A stretch of 64,000 nt of DNA from an uncultured Prevotellamassilia sp. GTDB lineage: Bacteria; Bacteroidota; Bacteroidia; Bacteroidales; Bacteroidaceae. Numbering within the stretch: the stretch's first letter is position 1; every line of letters begins with the position of its first letter. The position numbers were made by a program, and so were the translations under genes. Shown in pieces: positions 55,533 through 64,000 of this stretch. The notes beneath the pieces were generated by a model. It had not been told where the DNA came from. It saw only the letters and a program-made list of their open reading frames with translations, and searched no databases. The DNA is taken from NCBI GenBank assembly GCA_934255485.1, contig CAKQOG010000011.1, positions 5,072 to 69,071 of the forward strand, given 5' to 3'.

Positions 55533-57578
55533 ATGCTTCGCATTTTTTTTACATATATGCTACTCCTCTTTGCATGGCTATCGCCATTCGCTTGTCTTGC
55601 GCAGACCGATAGCACCAAGCACATAGACATTGAGCACGAGGCATCAGTAGTGGCATGGAAAAGCCGTAACATGCTTAAGCATTCTGAGGCAGGGCACACC
55701 CACTGGCAAATGGAGCATTTGCAACTATTACCACAAATATTGGGCAATGCCGACCCTATGCGATACACGCAATCGCTGCCCACTGTGCAAACATCAGACG
55801 AGGTGGATGCTGGACTACACGTACAAGGATGCGCTTCGGGACAAAATGCAGTGTTGCTCGATGATGCCGTTATTTACAATCCCTCGCACCTATTGGGCAT
55901 ATTTTCGACCTTCAATGCCAACCATTTTAGCCAACTCGATTTTTCTACACTTTCTATGCCCCAAACGCCCAATCGTGTGGGCGGAACGCTCAAGATGTTG
56001 CTACCCGAACTGCCCACAATTGCGCCCCATAAAAAAGCTAAAGCCGACATTAGCATAGGCCCCATGTCGGCGCAAGGCACATTGCGTTTGATGTTATCGC
56101 CCAAACTGCAAGTGGTTATGTCGGCGCGCCAAGCCTACATGAATTTGCTCTATAAAAAGTGGCTAACCTTTGATGGCAACGAAGTGCAATATAGCTTTAG
56201 CGACTACAACCTTACGCTCACTTATAAGCCTCGCCCCCAAGATGTAATTACAATCAATGCTTATTTTGGCAACGACAATGCGCACTATTTTGCCGATAGC
56301 CACCAGATGCTAACAAGGCTAAAATGGAGCAACTATGCCGCAGAGTGTTCGTGGATGCACACCGCTCATAGGCAATGGTGCATAAGGCAAAGCGTATTTT
56401 CGTCGGGATACACCAATAAATTTTCGATGGAAGAAGAGGCTTTTAACTTCCGCCTACCCTCGCACATACGCACGCATGGCTACCACCTTAATGCCGAAAA
56501 CCACCATTGGAGTCTCGGCACCGAATATTTGGCACACCAAGTGCTACCCCAATCACCCCAAATGACCAATAGCTACTATGCTGCTACAAACCCCATTAAC
56601 GCAACTCTCAATCACGAACTTTCGATTTATACCCAATACGTTACGACGTTTGCTCACGATGCACTTCGTTTGTCGGTTGGCACAAGGGTTTGCTATTTCC
56701 ATAGCCCCGATGGACAGAGCTATTTGCGCCCCGCACCCCAAGCCAAACTTGCTTGGAGGCTCAATAGCGAACAAAAACTCACCATTCATCTAAGCCTCAG
56801 CAACCAGTTTATCCACCAAACGGGTTTCTCGTCGTTAGGCCTACCAACAGAATTTTGGTTTGCCTCTTCGCGTAACCAAGAGCCGCAATTAAGCCAAAAT
56901 CTGTCGGTGCTTTACGACTTTACCCCCACATCTTCGGCTTTCAGCCTTACTGCCGAGGCATACGTTAAGCGGCTTTCTAACCAAAAGGAATACAACGACA
57001 ACGTGTTTTCGCTGCTGCAATCAGACTATTCGTTGCAGCATGTGTTGCTATCGGGCAAAGGCATAAACTATGGCATTGGCTTGCAACTTACCAAGCAGCG
57101 CGGACGCTTAACAGGCTGGTTGAGCTATGCCTTTGGCCGCTCGTTGCGCAAGTTTGATGAACTTGACACTAACCAATATTACCCATCAAACTATGAGCGT
57201 CTGCATGAACTGAACCTTGTGGTCAACTTGCGCTTGTCGGCCCGCACAACGCTGAGCATGGTGGGCATTGCCGCCTCGGGCACTCCCTTTACGGCTGCAC
57301 GCGACCTCTACCTAATTAATGGTTACATCGTTGCTGAGTATGGCGAGCACAATGCTTGCCGACTACCATGGTACAAGCGCATTGACCTAAGTGCCGATGT
57401 ACAGTTTAAGCCTCATGGCAGCTTTAAACACGGCTTAAACATCTCACTGCTCAACGCTTTTGGCTTTCACAACAAGCAATTCTATCGTTTGAGTTTCAAG
57501 AAAAACAAACTTAAATACCGCCCTGTAAGTTTCCTTAAAATACCATTACCATCGGTTAGCTATTACCTAAAGTTCTAA
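55533..57578 (+). CDS. TonB-dependent receptor (plug + 22-strand-type barrel), compact 681-aa form
   Basis: Signal peptide; plug motifs DPMRYTQSLPTVQ and GCASGQNAVLLDDAVIYNP; C-terminal ...VSYYLKF aromatic terminus. Confidence 0.6.
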   Translation: MLRIFFTYMLLLFAWLSPFACLAQTDSTKHIDIEHEASVVAWKSRNMLKHSEAGHTHWQMEHLQLLPQILGNADPMRYTQSLPTVQTSDEVDAGLHVQGCASGQNAVLLDDAVIYNPSHLLGIFSTFNANHFSQLDFSTLSMPQTPNRVGGTLKMLLPELPTIAPHKKAKADISIGPMSAQGTLRLMLSPKLQVVMSARQAYMNLLYKKWLTFDGNEVQYSFSDYNLTLTYKPRPQDVITINAYFGNDNAHYFADSHQMLTRLKWSNYAAECSWMHTAHRQWCIRQSVFSSGYTNKFSMEEEAFNFRLPSHIRTHGYHLNAENHHWSLGTEYLAHQVLPQSPQMTNSYYAATNPINATLNHELSIYTQYVTTFAHDALRLSVGTRVCYFHSPDGQSYLRPAPQAKLAWRLNSEQKLTIHLSLSNQFIHQTGFSSLGLPTEFWFASSRNQEPQLSQNLSVLYDFTPTSSAFSLTAEAYVKRLSNQKEYNDNVFSLLQSDYSLQHVLLSGKGINYGIGLQLTKQRGRLTGWLSYAFGRSLRKFDELDTNQYYPSNYERLHELNLVVNLRLSARTTLSMVGIAASGTPFTAARDLYLINGYIVAEYGEHNACRLPWYKRIDLSADVQFKPHGSFKHGLNISLLNAFGFHNKQFYRLSFKKNKLKYRPVSFLKIPLPSVSYYLKF

Positions 57579-57589
57579 ACATCTGCATC

Positions 57590-58450
57590 ATGAAGTCATT
57601 GTTTGCTTTTATATTAACAATAGGCCTTTTAGCCTCGTGTAGCGAGGAGCCAAGCATATCGCAAGAGCCTCGATTGGTTGTTGAGGGGTGGATAGATAGT
57701 GATGGCTATCCCATGGTGTTTGTTACCACGTCGATGACGGTTGACGGGTCTGACAACCTTTCGTCTGACCTCACAGAACACTTGATCAAATGGGCAAAAG
57801 TAACTGTAAGCGATGGTACAACCAAGGTGGTGCTAACAGGCAAGTACATGAAAAACTACTATCCACCCTATGGGTTTACCACCACCGAGCTAAAGGGTAA
57901 ATGTGGCAACACCTACCATCTAACGGTAGACTATCCGCCCTATCATGCCGAAGCTACCACCACCATTCCGCCCCGCCCCTTGATTGACTCTATAATGGTG
58001 GCCCCACTCTCGCCTTCAGATACGCTATATGGCGTAAAACTACACATTTCTGAGAATGCCATGCACCAAGGTGGCTACAAACTATTTGCCATGCGCAAAC
58101 ACAAAGATAGCTATCCGCTCTCGTGCTACATGGGTACATACCAGTCCTCTAAGCTCAACTTGCCATCTCAACTGCCCGTATACAATGTACACAAGATGGA
58201 TAACAAGGACTTTACGCCCTACTTCTCACCTACTGACACGCTGGTCATTAAAGCAGCTGTGGTAGACGATGATGCGCTGCAATTTTGGAATGCCTTTGAG
58301 AGCAATGTGTCGCTCTCTAAAAGTCCGTTCTTAGCTCCTAACGAAAACATTAAGGGCAACATTACGGGCGCACTTGGCTATTGGTTTGGTTATGGCTGTA
58401 ACTACTACTTGGTTTATCCACCTCAAACACTCCATGCCGAGAATCCCTAA
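57590..58450 (+). CDS. DUF4249-like lipoprotein, the common partner of this TonB-dependent receptor subfamily
   Basis: Lipobox LLASCSEEP; 12-bp gap to the receptor gene. Confidence 0.45.
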   Translation: MKSLFAFILTIGLLASCSEEPSISQEPRLVVEGWIDSDGYPMVFVTTSMTVDGSDNLSSDLTEHLIKWAKVTVSDGTTKVVLTGKYMKNYYPPYGFTTTELKGKCGNTYHLTVDYPPYHAEATTTIPPRPLIDSIMVAPLSPSDTLYGVKLHISENAMHQGGYKLFAMRKHKDSYPLSCYMGTYQSSKLNLPSQLPVYNVHKMDNKDFTPYFSPTDTLVIKAAVVDDDALQFWNAFESNVSLSKSPFLAPNENIKGNITGALGYWFGYGCNYYLVYPPQTLHAENP

Positions 58451-58638
58451 ATTGTTCTATTTTTCCGTTTTTGGCGATTTTTCACCTCTCATATTTGCTT
58501 TGTTTTTGACAACGCAAAATAAATTCTGAACGAGCGCATTTTTGGACAAATCTGGTAAGTCATTGATTATCAATATCTTACAAATTTCACAATCAATAAA
58601 TTCGGAATTGCCACCCCTAAAAAGGCTTTGTTACACCC

Positions 58639-58744
58639 TAAGGATACGTATCCTTAGCTCACAAGGATACGTATGCTTGTGGTATAAGGATACGTATGCT
58701 TATACCCTAAGGATACGTGTTCTTGTGGTAAAAGCATACGCATT
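58639..58744. repeat. Tandem array (period 23-24 bp) of four copies of the AAGGATACGTATCCTT palindrome family plus a degenerate fifth
   Basis: Copies at 58639, 58662, 58685 and 58708, each followed by a variable 7-8-bp spacer with CTTGTGG-like flank; AAAGCATACGCATTT at 58730. Confidence 0.9.
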
Positions 58745-59004
58745 TAAGCAAAAAGTGAGTGCATTTTTACTTTATTCAAGGTTAAAAATGCCTTTTCAAG
58801 CACTTTTTGAGAGCTATTTTACGCTAAAATCTGTACAAAAAATATTGTTCTATTTTTCCTTTCAATGCTTCACTGCCAATAGTATTTTTGCCACAAAATG
58901 TGGCTTAAATATGCCCTATCTAACAACTAAGCGCACATACAGATGTGTTTACTTATAGCATCTGCTTGCGCGCTTTTATGGAAAAAACAAGTGCTTAGGG
59001 CAAA

Positions 59005-59529
59005 CTATAATAATAGCTCAAAATCTGCTACATCGAGCATACGCCCAAACTTATAACCCACATTCTTGAAATGCGACACTTGCTCAAAACCCATCGAACG
59101 ATGAAAATGTATGCTATGCTTATTCTCCTCGGTGATGCAGGCAATTAAGGCTTTAGCCCCTATTTCACGACTATCATCAATGAGCCTTTGCAGCATTTGT
59201 CGGCCAACTCCATAACCTTGTACCAATGGTGCAAGATAAATTGTTACCTCAAGTGTATGACTATATGCCATGCGCTCTTTCCACGGATGAACATAACAAT
59301 AACCACACACTTGCCCCTCTATCTCACATACATAATAGGGATAGTGTGCCGAAATCTGCTCTATGCGCTGAAGCATTTGGGCGGGAGTAAGAGGCTCTGT
59401 CTCGAACGATACGGTGGTATCAGTTATAAACGGATTGTATATGGCTGTGATGGCTGTTGCATCAGAGGGACGAACCTTGCGTATATCGATTGCTTGGGAC
59501 ATAATGTAAATGTATATAGGTTTGAACAC
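59005..59529 (-). CDS. GNAT-family N-acetyltransferase (phosphinothricin-acetyltransferase-like)
   Basis: Acetyl-CoA-binding motif GYGVGRQMLQRLI; 174 aa. Confidence 0.8.
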   Translation of the reverse strand: MFKPIYIYIMSQAIDIRKVRPSDATAITAIYNPFITDTTVSFETEPLTPAQMLQRIEQISAHYPYYVCEIEGQVCGYCYVHPWKERMAYSHTLEVTIYLAPLVQGYGVGRQMLQRLIDDSREIGAKALIACITEENKHSIHFHRSMGFEQVSHFKNVGYKFGRMLDVADFELLL

Positions 59530-59677
59530 ACAAAGTTACAAAATTTAGTATTCACATGGTTTATCATTTGTATTTTTAGCTTTTGACTTTCGATGGTCGT
59601 TTATTTTGACTGATATATAGTAACTTTGCATTTCAGTCATTTTACTTACAAAACATTAATCATTACGCAACACCTAC

Positions 59678-60493
59678 ATGAAACGATTAATACACTTGCT
59701 GATAATCACAACATTGTGCATACTACCACTTGCCTGCAAACACCACAACAAACACGCTGATGATGGGGAAGAAAGCGACTCTACCTTTATCAGCGACGCT
59801 TCGATGCCTACCGAAGAAGAGATAGGCGACATTATGGACACTGCTAAGCAAGAAAAGAAACCCGAAATAAGAGAGGAACTGAAAGGACTGCACATCTATG
59901 TGTCGAAAACCACCATGCACCTTTATGTGCTCGATGCTAACGATAGTGTATTGTTTACGTGCGGCATTGCATGCGGACTGCGACGCGGCAACAAGCAAGC
60001 TTATGGCGACTACAAAACACCTGAGGGCGACTTTCATATATCGGGCATGTTTAATAGTACAGATTGGATTCACCGCACCAAAGACGGACGAGCAGTGAAA
60101 GGCTGCTATGGCCCGCACTTTTTGCGACTATCAACAGGACGCTTTGGCGGCATAGGCATTCACGGCACCAACTCGCCCCGTAGCATTGGTCACCGGGCAT
60201 CAGAAGGTTGCATACGCGTGCAAAGCAACAATATCATTACGCTTTTCAACAACTATGCTTACAACGGCATGCCCGTTACCGTATCGGCCGAAGGTGCCCC
60301 CCTACCCCCATTTAAGGGCATGGTAAAAAAAGAAGAAAACGCTGACAAAAAAGAGCAAAAGGACTCTATGGAGGTTGAAAAACAACACGCTGTTCCACAC
60401 AACAACGACCATCATGAACCCGATGCTCCACACCATAAAGATACGCATACAAGCAAGAAACAACACTACGATGTAGACTCACTCTTTAACTAA
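59678..60493 (+). CDS. L,D-transpeptidase (YkuD) family protein with His/Asp-rich C-terminal tail
   Basis: Catalytic HGTNSP...SEGCIRV motif, with a signal/lipoprotein N-terminus. Confidence 0.8.
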   Translation: MKRLIHLLIITTLCILPLACKHHNKHADDGEESDSTFISDASMPTEEEIGDIMDTAKQEKKPEIREELKGLHIYVSKTTMHLYVLDANDSVLFTCGIACGLRRGNKQAYGDYKTPEGDFHISGMFNSTDWIHRTKDGRAVKGCYGPHFLRLSTGRFGGIGIHGTNSPRSIGHRASEGCIRVQSNNIITLFNNYAYNGMPVTVSAEGAPLPPFKGMVKKEENADKKEQKDSMEVEKQHAVPHNNDHHEPDAPHHKDTHTSKKQHYDVDSLFN

Positions 60494-60716
60494 AAACTAT
60501 AACATCAAATAGATGCACATAATAGTTTGAGGTGTGCAAAAATCTTGTTAAAGCACATAAAACATCTTAAAAAGACATGGAACGATTTGGTTTTCAAGCA
60601 AAAAATATGTATATTTGCGAATGTAAATTTTAAGAAGGAATGAATTATACGTTAGGCTGAAGAAGGAAAGTACGCAGCCCTCATTCCTAACCGAGACTGA
60701 AAACCTTATTAATCCA

Positions 60717-61316
60717 ATGATATTAAAGCTAAAAAAATATGCTGCTTGTCTGGCACTGGGAATGATGTCTGTTGTTTCGGCTAACGCACAAGATGTTTTG
60801 CCCGAAGGACTCCCCTCAAGACCAAGAGCAGAGAGAATAGTAAAAGAAGTACAGCCTGTAGCAAGTATGCAACAAGCACAAAACGCTGAAAAAACTGAAA
60901 GCGCAGTTCCCTACAACGCCAACTTTGGCGAAACCGTAGTACAAACAGCTTTGCAGTATTTAGGTGCAAGCTATCGTTCAGGTATGTCAGGGCCTTATGC
61001 CTTTGATTGCTCTGGATTTACAAGCTACATCTATCGCCAACAAAACGTTTCAATACTTCGCTCCTCACGTTCACAATTTACACAAGGCACTCCTATTGCA
61101 CGCATATCCGATCTTAAGAAAGGCGACCTCGTATTCTTTGGTGGTCGCGGTAGCTCACGCTCAGTGGGTCATGTGGGCATAGTTACAGATGTAGACCCAT
61201 CGGGCAACAACTTCTCTTTTGTTCACGCTGCAAGCGGAGGCGTTAAAGTGTCTGACTCTAACGAAGCATATTATAGCCGCCGATACATTGGTGCAAGACG
61301 CATTGTAGAAAACTAA
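60717..61316 (+). CDS. NlpC/P60 (C40) peptidoglycan endopeptidase
   Basis: YAFDCSGFTSYIY catalytic Cys region and ...GHVGIV His. Confidence 0.8.
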   Translation: MILKLKKYAACLALGMMSVVSANAQDVLPEGLPSRPRAERIVKEVQPVASMQQAQNAEKTESAVPYNANFGETVVQTALQYLGASYRSGMSGPYAFDCSGFTSYIYRQQNVSILRSSRSQFTQGTPIARISDLKKGDLVFFGGRGSSRSVGHVGIVTDVDPSGNNFSFVHAASGGVKVSDSNEAYYSRRYIGARRIVEN

Positions 61317-61349
61317 GTCGAAACAAAACGCATTACACACATATATCAA

Positions 61350-61384
61350 AAGTCGCCCCTTACGCAAAAGAGGCGACTTTTTTA
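61350..61384 (+). terminator. Rho-independent terminator
   Basis: AAAAGTCGCCCC...GGCGACTTTTTT. Confidence 0.65.
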
Positions 61385-61422
61385 GGCTTTATGCCACACT
61401 AACATCTCACAGAAAAATACCT

Positions 61423-62307
61423 ATGCTTACACTACTCAACAGCCTACCCAAGGTGGTGGACAAAACGATTAACGAAATTAATGTTTCGCGCATCGACAGT
61501 CTACTCGACAAACTGCTAGACCTATCAATTGCTGGAGGCAAACGCATATTGTTTGCACTACTCATCTACATTGTAGGGCGCTATGCTATCAAACTTATCA
61601 ACCATATTGTAGCCTCAATGCTCAACCGCCAACACGTAGACGTAGGGGTACAGAGTTTTCTAAAAAGTTTGGTGCGCATACTACTTACCATATTGTTGGC
61701 CATTTCGGTTATTGGCGCTTTGGGCATAAACACCACATCGTTTGCTGCATTACTGGCCTCGGCAGGTGTAGCTATTGGCATGGCACTATCTGGCAACCTT
61801 CAAAACTTTGCAGGCGGATTAATGATTTTACTCTTTAAACCATACCGCGTTGGCGACCTCATTGAAGCACAAGGTATACTCGGCATAGTAAAGGAAATTC
61901 AAATATTTCATACCATACTAACCACTTACGACAACAAAGTGGTGTATATACCAAATGGCTCGCTAAGCACATCGGTAGTGATTAATCACTCGCGCGAAGA
62001 CACACGACGCATACAATGGATCATAGGCATTGACTATGGCGAGGATGTGGACAAAGTGAGAGATTGCATCATAAACCTCTTTAAGCAAGATACGCGTGTG
62101 CTGCAAGAACCCGATGCTAAAAAACCCTTTGTAGGACTTGAGCAACTGGCTGATAGCAACGTAAACCTCGTAGTGAGAGTGTGGGTTAAAACACCCGACT
62201 ATTGGCCCATGTTTTACCAAGGACAACAAATGATTTATGACACCTTCCGTGCACACAATATCAACATTCCATACCCACAAATGGTAATACATACTGATAA
62301 AAAATAA
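61423..62307 (+). CDS. Small-conductance mechanosensitive channel (MscS) family protein
   Basis: Three N-terminal TM helices with the Gly/Ala-rich pore helix (ALLASAGVAIGMALSG), followed by the beta-domain. Confidence 0.8.
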   Translation: MLTLLNSLPKVVDKTINEINVSRIDSLLDKLLDLSIAGGKRILFALLIYIVGRYAIKLINHIVASMLNRQHVDVGVQSFLKSLVRILLTILLAISVIGALGINTTSFAALLASAGVAIGMALSGNLQNFAGGLMILLFKPYRVGDLIEAQGILGIVKEIQIFHTILTTYDNKVVYIPNGSLSTSVVINHSREDTRRIQWIIGIDYGEDVDKVRDCIINLFKQDTRVLQEPDAKKPFVGLEQLADSNVNLVVRVWVKTPDYWPMFYQGQQMIYDTFRAHNINIPYPQMVIHTDKK

Positions 62308-62365
62308 AGTTAAACAAAAGGGATACACAAAGCACATTGAAAATGTGTAAAAATCAAAACAAATG

Positions 62366-62397
62366 CTTGTGTGTAATGAAATAATTGCGTACTTTTG
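62366..62397 (+). promoter_or_regulatory. Candidate promoter for rpsU (CTTG -33-like, 20-nt spacer, TACTTTTG -7 box)
   Basis: TAnnTTTG match at 62390-62397; the upstream element is a weaker CTTG. Confidence 0.3.
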
Positions 62398-62483
62398 CAT
62401 CTCGCAAGGGGTATACTAAACAGACAGTACTCCGCTACTTACAATAAGCAATTAAGTAATAACAAAAAATACAAAATCCTAAA

Positions 62484-62675
62484 ATGATCGTAGTACAGGT
62501 TAAAGAAGGCGAAAACATTGAACGCGCCTTGAAGAAATTCAAAAGAAAGTTTGAAAAGACTGGTGTTGTTAAAGAACTCCGCGCTCGTCAACAATTTGAC
62601 AAGCCCAGCGTATTGAAGCGTTTGGCTATGGAGCACGCTGTATACGTACAGAAACTTCACCGCAACGAAGACTAA
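62484..62675 (+). CDS. rpsU: 30S ribosomal protein S21
   Basis: Canonical S21, 63 aa. Confidence 0.9.
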   Translation: MIVVQVKEGENIERALKKFKRKFEKTGVVKELRARQQFDKPSVLKRLAMEHAVYVQKLHRNED

Positions 62676-62769
62676 TCTTTATCTGCTTTATACTTAATAA
62701 GTTTAAAGATTTTCTATAGTCAAGTTGTTAAAAATAATGCCGGTAAGTTTTAAGTACTGACACCAATAA

Positions 62770-62826
62770 AAGAGCTATGCAAAGAAGGCCTGTAAGCCAT
62801 CATTTCTTGCATAGCTCTTTTTTTTG
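62770..62826 (+). terminator. Rho-independent terminator after rpsU
   Basis: AAGAGCTATGCAA...TTGCATAGCTCTTTTTTTT. Confidence 0.6.
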
Positions 62827-63135
62827 TACAATATAGCACACCTTGTAGGACTTTTCACTAAGCATTGCAGGACATGACGCATAAGCATATTGCATAAGGC
62901 CAACAAAAAGGCTTGGTGAGCAATGCTCACCAAGCCTCACACTAAATAATTAATAGTTTATAATCTCTCAATCGCTTGGACTATCTACCTTCGCAAGCCG
63001 ATGCCAAACGATGCGTACAACTGTTCTTAAATGTTAGGATATAGCACATGCTTCAAGAAATATGACACACTTTCTGCAATAATCTCATACATCTAAAACA
63101 GTTCAATACCATGTCGTATTACAATAAGACAATGC

Positions 63136-63432
63136 TTACTTGCTTTGACGTTCCTTATACTTCTCAATCTGACGAAGTAGTGAGTCGATGCAAAGGTCTA
63201 CACCCTCTTCGAAAGTGTCGCATACCTTTTCAGCATGCAAATCGGTACCAGGAAGTGAAACGTTTAAAGCAGTTTCCTTGTTCTTTGCGGTTTCTGGCTT
63301 AACCACCTTAAGGATGAATTCTGCCTTGATTATATTTTCGCATGTTTTTGCGAGTTTGCTTGCTTTTTTGTCAATAAAAGCATTCAACTTTTCAGTAGCG
63401 TCGAAGTGAATAGCTTGAATCTTGAGTTCCAT
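63136..63432 (-). CDS. hpf: Ribosome hibernation-promoting factor (short HPF/RaiA)
   Basis: MELKIQAIHFDATEKL...; 98 aa. Confidence 0.85.
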   Translation of the reverse strand: MELKIQAIHFDATEKLNAFIDKKASKLAKTCENIIKAEFILKVVKPETAKNKETALNVSLPGTDLHAEKVCDTFEEGVDLCIDSLLRQIEKYKERQSK

Positions 63433-63444
63433 AATAAATCAGAT

Positions 63445-64000
63445 TTATGCCCTTGGATGGGCAAGTTTATATTCCTTTTTAAGGTCTGCAAACGTGTTAT
63501 GCGTATATATCTCTGTTGTTGTTATGCTCTCATGTCCCAATAGCTCTTTTATAGCTTCGAGGTCGGCACCATTGTTAAGCATTGCCGTAGCAAAGGTATG
63601 ACGCAACACATGCGGACTCTTTTTCTTTTGCATTGTTACAAGCGAAAGATAGTGATTAACGATAGTGCGTATCTGAGAGATGGTAATGCGCTTTAGCGTG
63701 CGTCCCAAAAACATAGCCTTACTATCTGCTACATCTGTAAGCGCTTGTCGCGATGAGAGGTAAGTGACCAATGTATCCTTCAACTCTATGCCGTAAGGTA
63801 CAACTCTCTGCTTATTACGCTTGCCCGTTACCTTCAATTCACAACGCTCGATATTGACATCTGCTATGTTTAGACCTATCAATTCTGAAAGGCGAATGCC
63901 CGTATGATAAAACGTTTGCAATATTGTATAGTCCAGCAAGCCTTTAAAGCCATCAGGGTATATCACCTTATCAAAGAGAGCGTCTATCTCATTCTTTCGT
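63445..64000 (-). CDS. Tyrosine recombinase XerC/XerD-like (C-terminal catalytic domain; N-terminus beyond window end)
   Basis: R...HVLRHTFATAMLNNGADLEAIKELLGHESITTTEIYTH (catalytic His-x-x-Arg ... Tyr box). Confidence 0.8.
   Translation of the reverse strand, partial: RKNEIDALFDKVIYPDGFKGLLDYTILQTFYHTGIRLSELIGLNIADVNIERCELKVTGKRNKQRVVPYGIELKDTLVTYLSSRQALTDVADSKAMFLGRTLKRITISQIRTIVNHYLSLVTMQKKKSPHVLRHTFATAMLNNGADLEAIKELLGHESITTTEIYTHNTFADLKKEYKLAHPRA

Noticed and set aside
58639-58744. Possible CRISPR array
   Set aside because: The repeat is only 16 bp and the spacers only 7-8 bp, there are no cas genes in the window, and the same unit occurs non-tandemly at 3729-3802.
58542-58958. 138-aa ORF on + strand spanning the palindrome array
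   Set aside because: Its sequence is low-complexity (…LRIRILSSQGYV…LRIRVLVV…) and is simply the translation of the repeated palindromes. There is no start context and no domain, so it reads as non-coding.
63445-64000. Tyrosine recombinase as marker of an integrated mobile element
   Set aside because: The rpsU–xer-like recombinase–hpf neighbourhood is a conserved housekeeping arrangement in Bacteroidota. The gene is partial, and no att-like repeats, tRNA or phage/conjugation genes are nearby.

Overview
This 64-kb window reads as a Bacteroidota chromosome segment, probably Prevotella-like. Lineage cues: candidate TTTG-N20-TAnnTTTG promoters, a T9SS C-terminal sorting tail on a secreted glycosidase, CarboxypepD_reg TonB-dependent receptors, and an rpsU–xer–hpf neighbourhood. 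Gene density is high and mostly housekeeping. The anchors are the str cluster rpsL-rpsG-fusA-rpsJ, rplS, rpsU, hpf, dnaX, aroC, nifJ (PFOR), tilS, rsmA, rfbB, ilvA, pepD, ddh, cysC and tsaE.

The accessory content, in order of interest:
- A tightly packed minus-strand cluster at ~6.9–10.1 kb: a minimal ABC-type ATPase, a TOPRIM/DUF4435-like protein, an HMA-AraC fusion regulator and a GYF/CD225-like membrane protein. This looks like a PARIS-like or split-OLD-like candidate defence island, and is the best candidate for a poorly described system.
- A Fur-family (PerR-like) regulator with reverse rubrerythrin, with a 7-1-7 box over its own promoter.
- A frameshifted ppk1 N-terminal remnant next to an intact ppx.
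- A 1464-aa GH2 beta-galactosidase with a ricin-B-like N-terminus and a T9SS C-terminal domain.
- An LRR–GH20 hexosaminidase.
- Two TonB-dependent receptors, one paired with a DUF4249 lipoprotein.

Unexplained non-coding structure:
- A 16-bp perfect palindrome, AAGGATACGTATCCTT, in arrays at two loci 55 kb apart.
- A 22-bp x5 tandem repeat in a 1.1-kb ORF-free spacer.
- A 10-bp x4.7 tandem repeat.
- Several structured intergenic hairpins in r-protein operons.

All calls rest on reading motifs by eye; no database searches were run.
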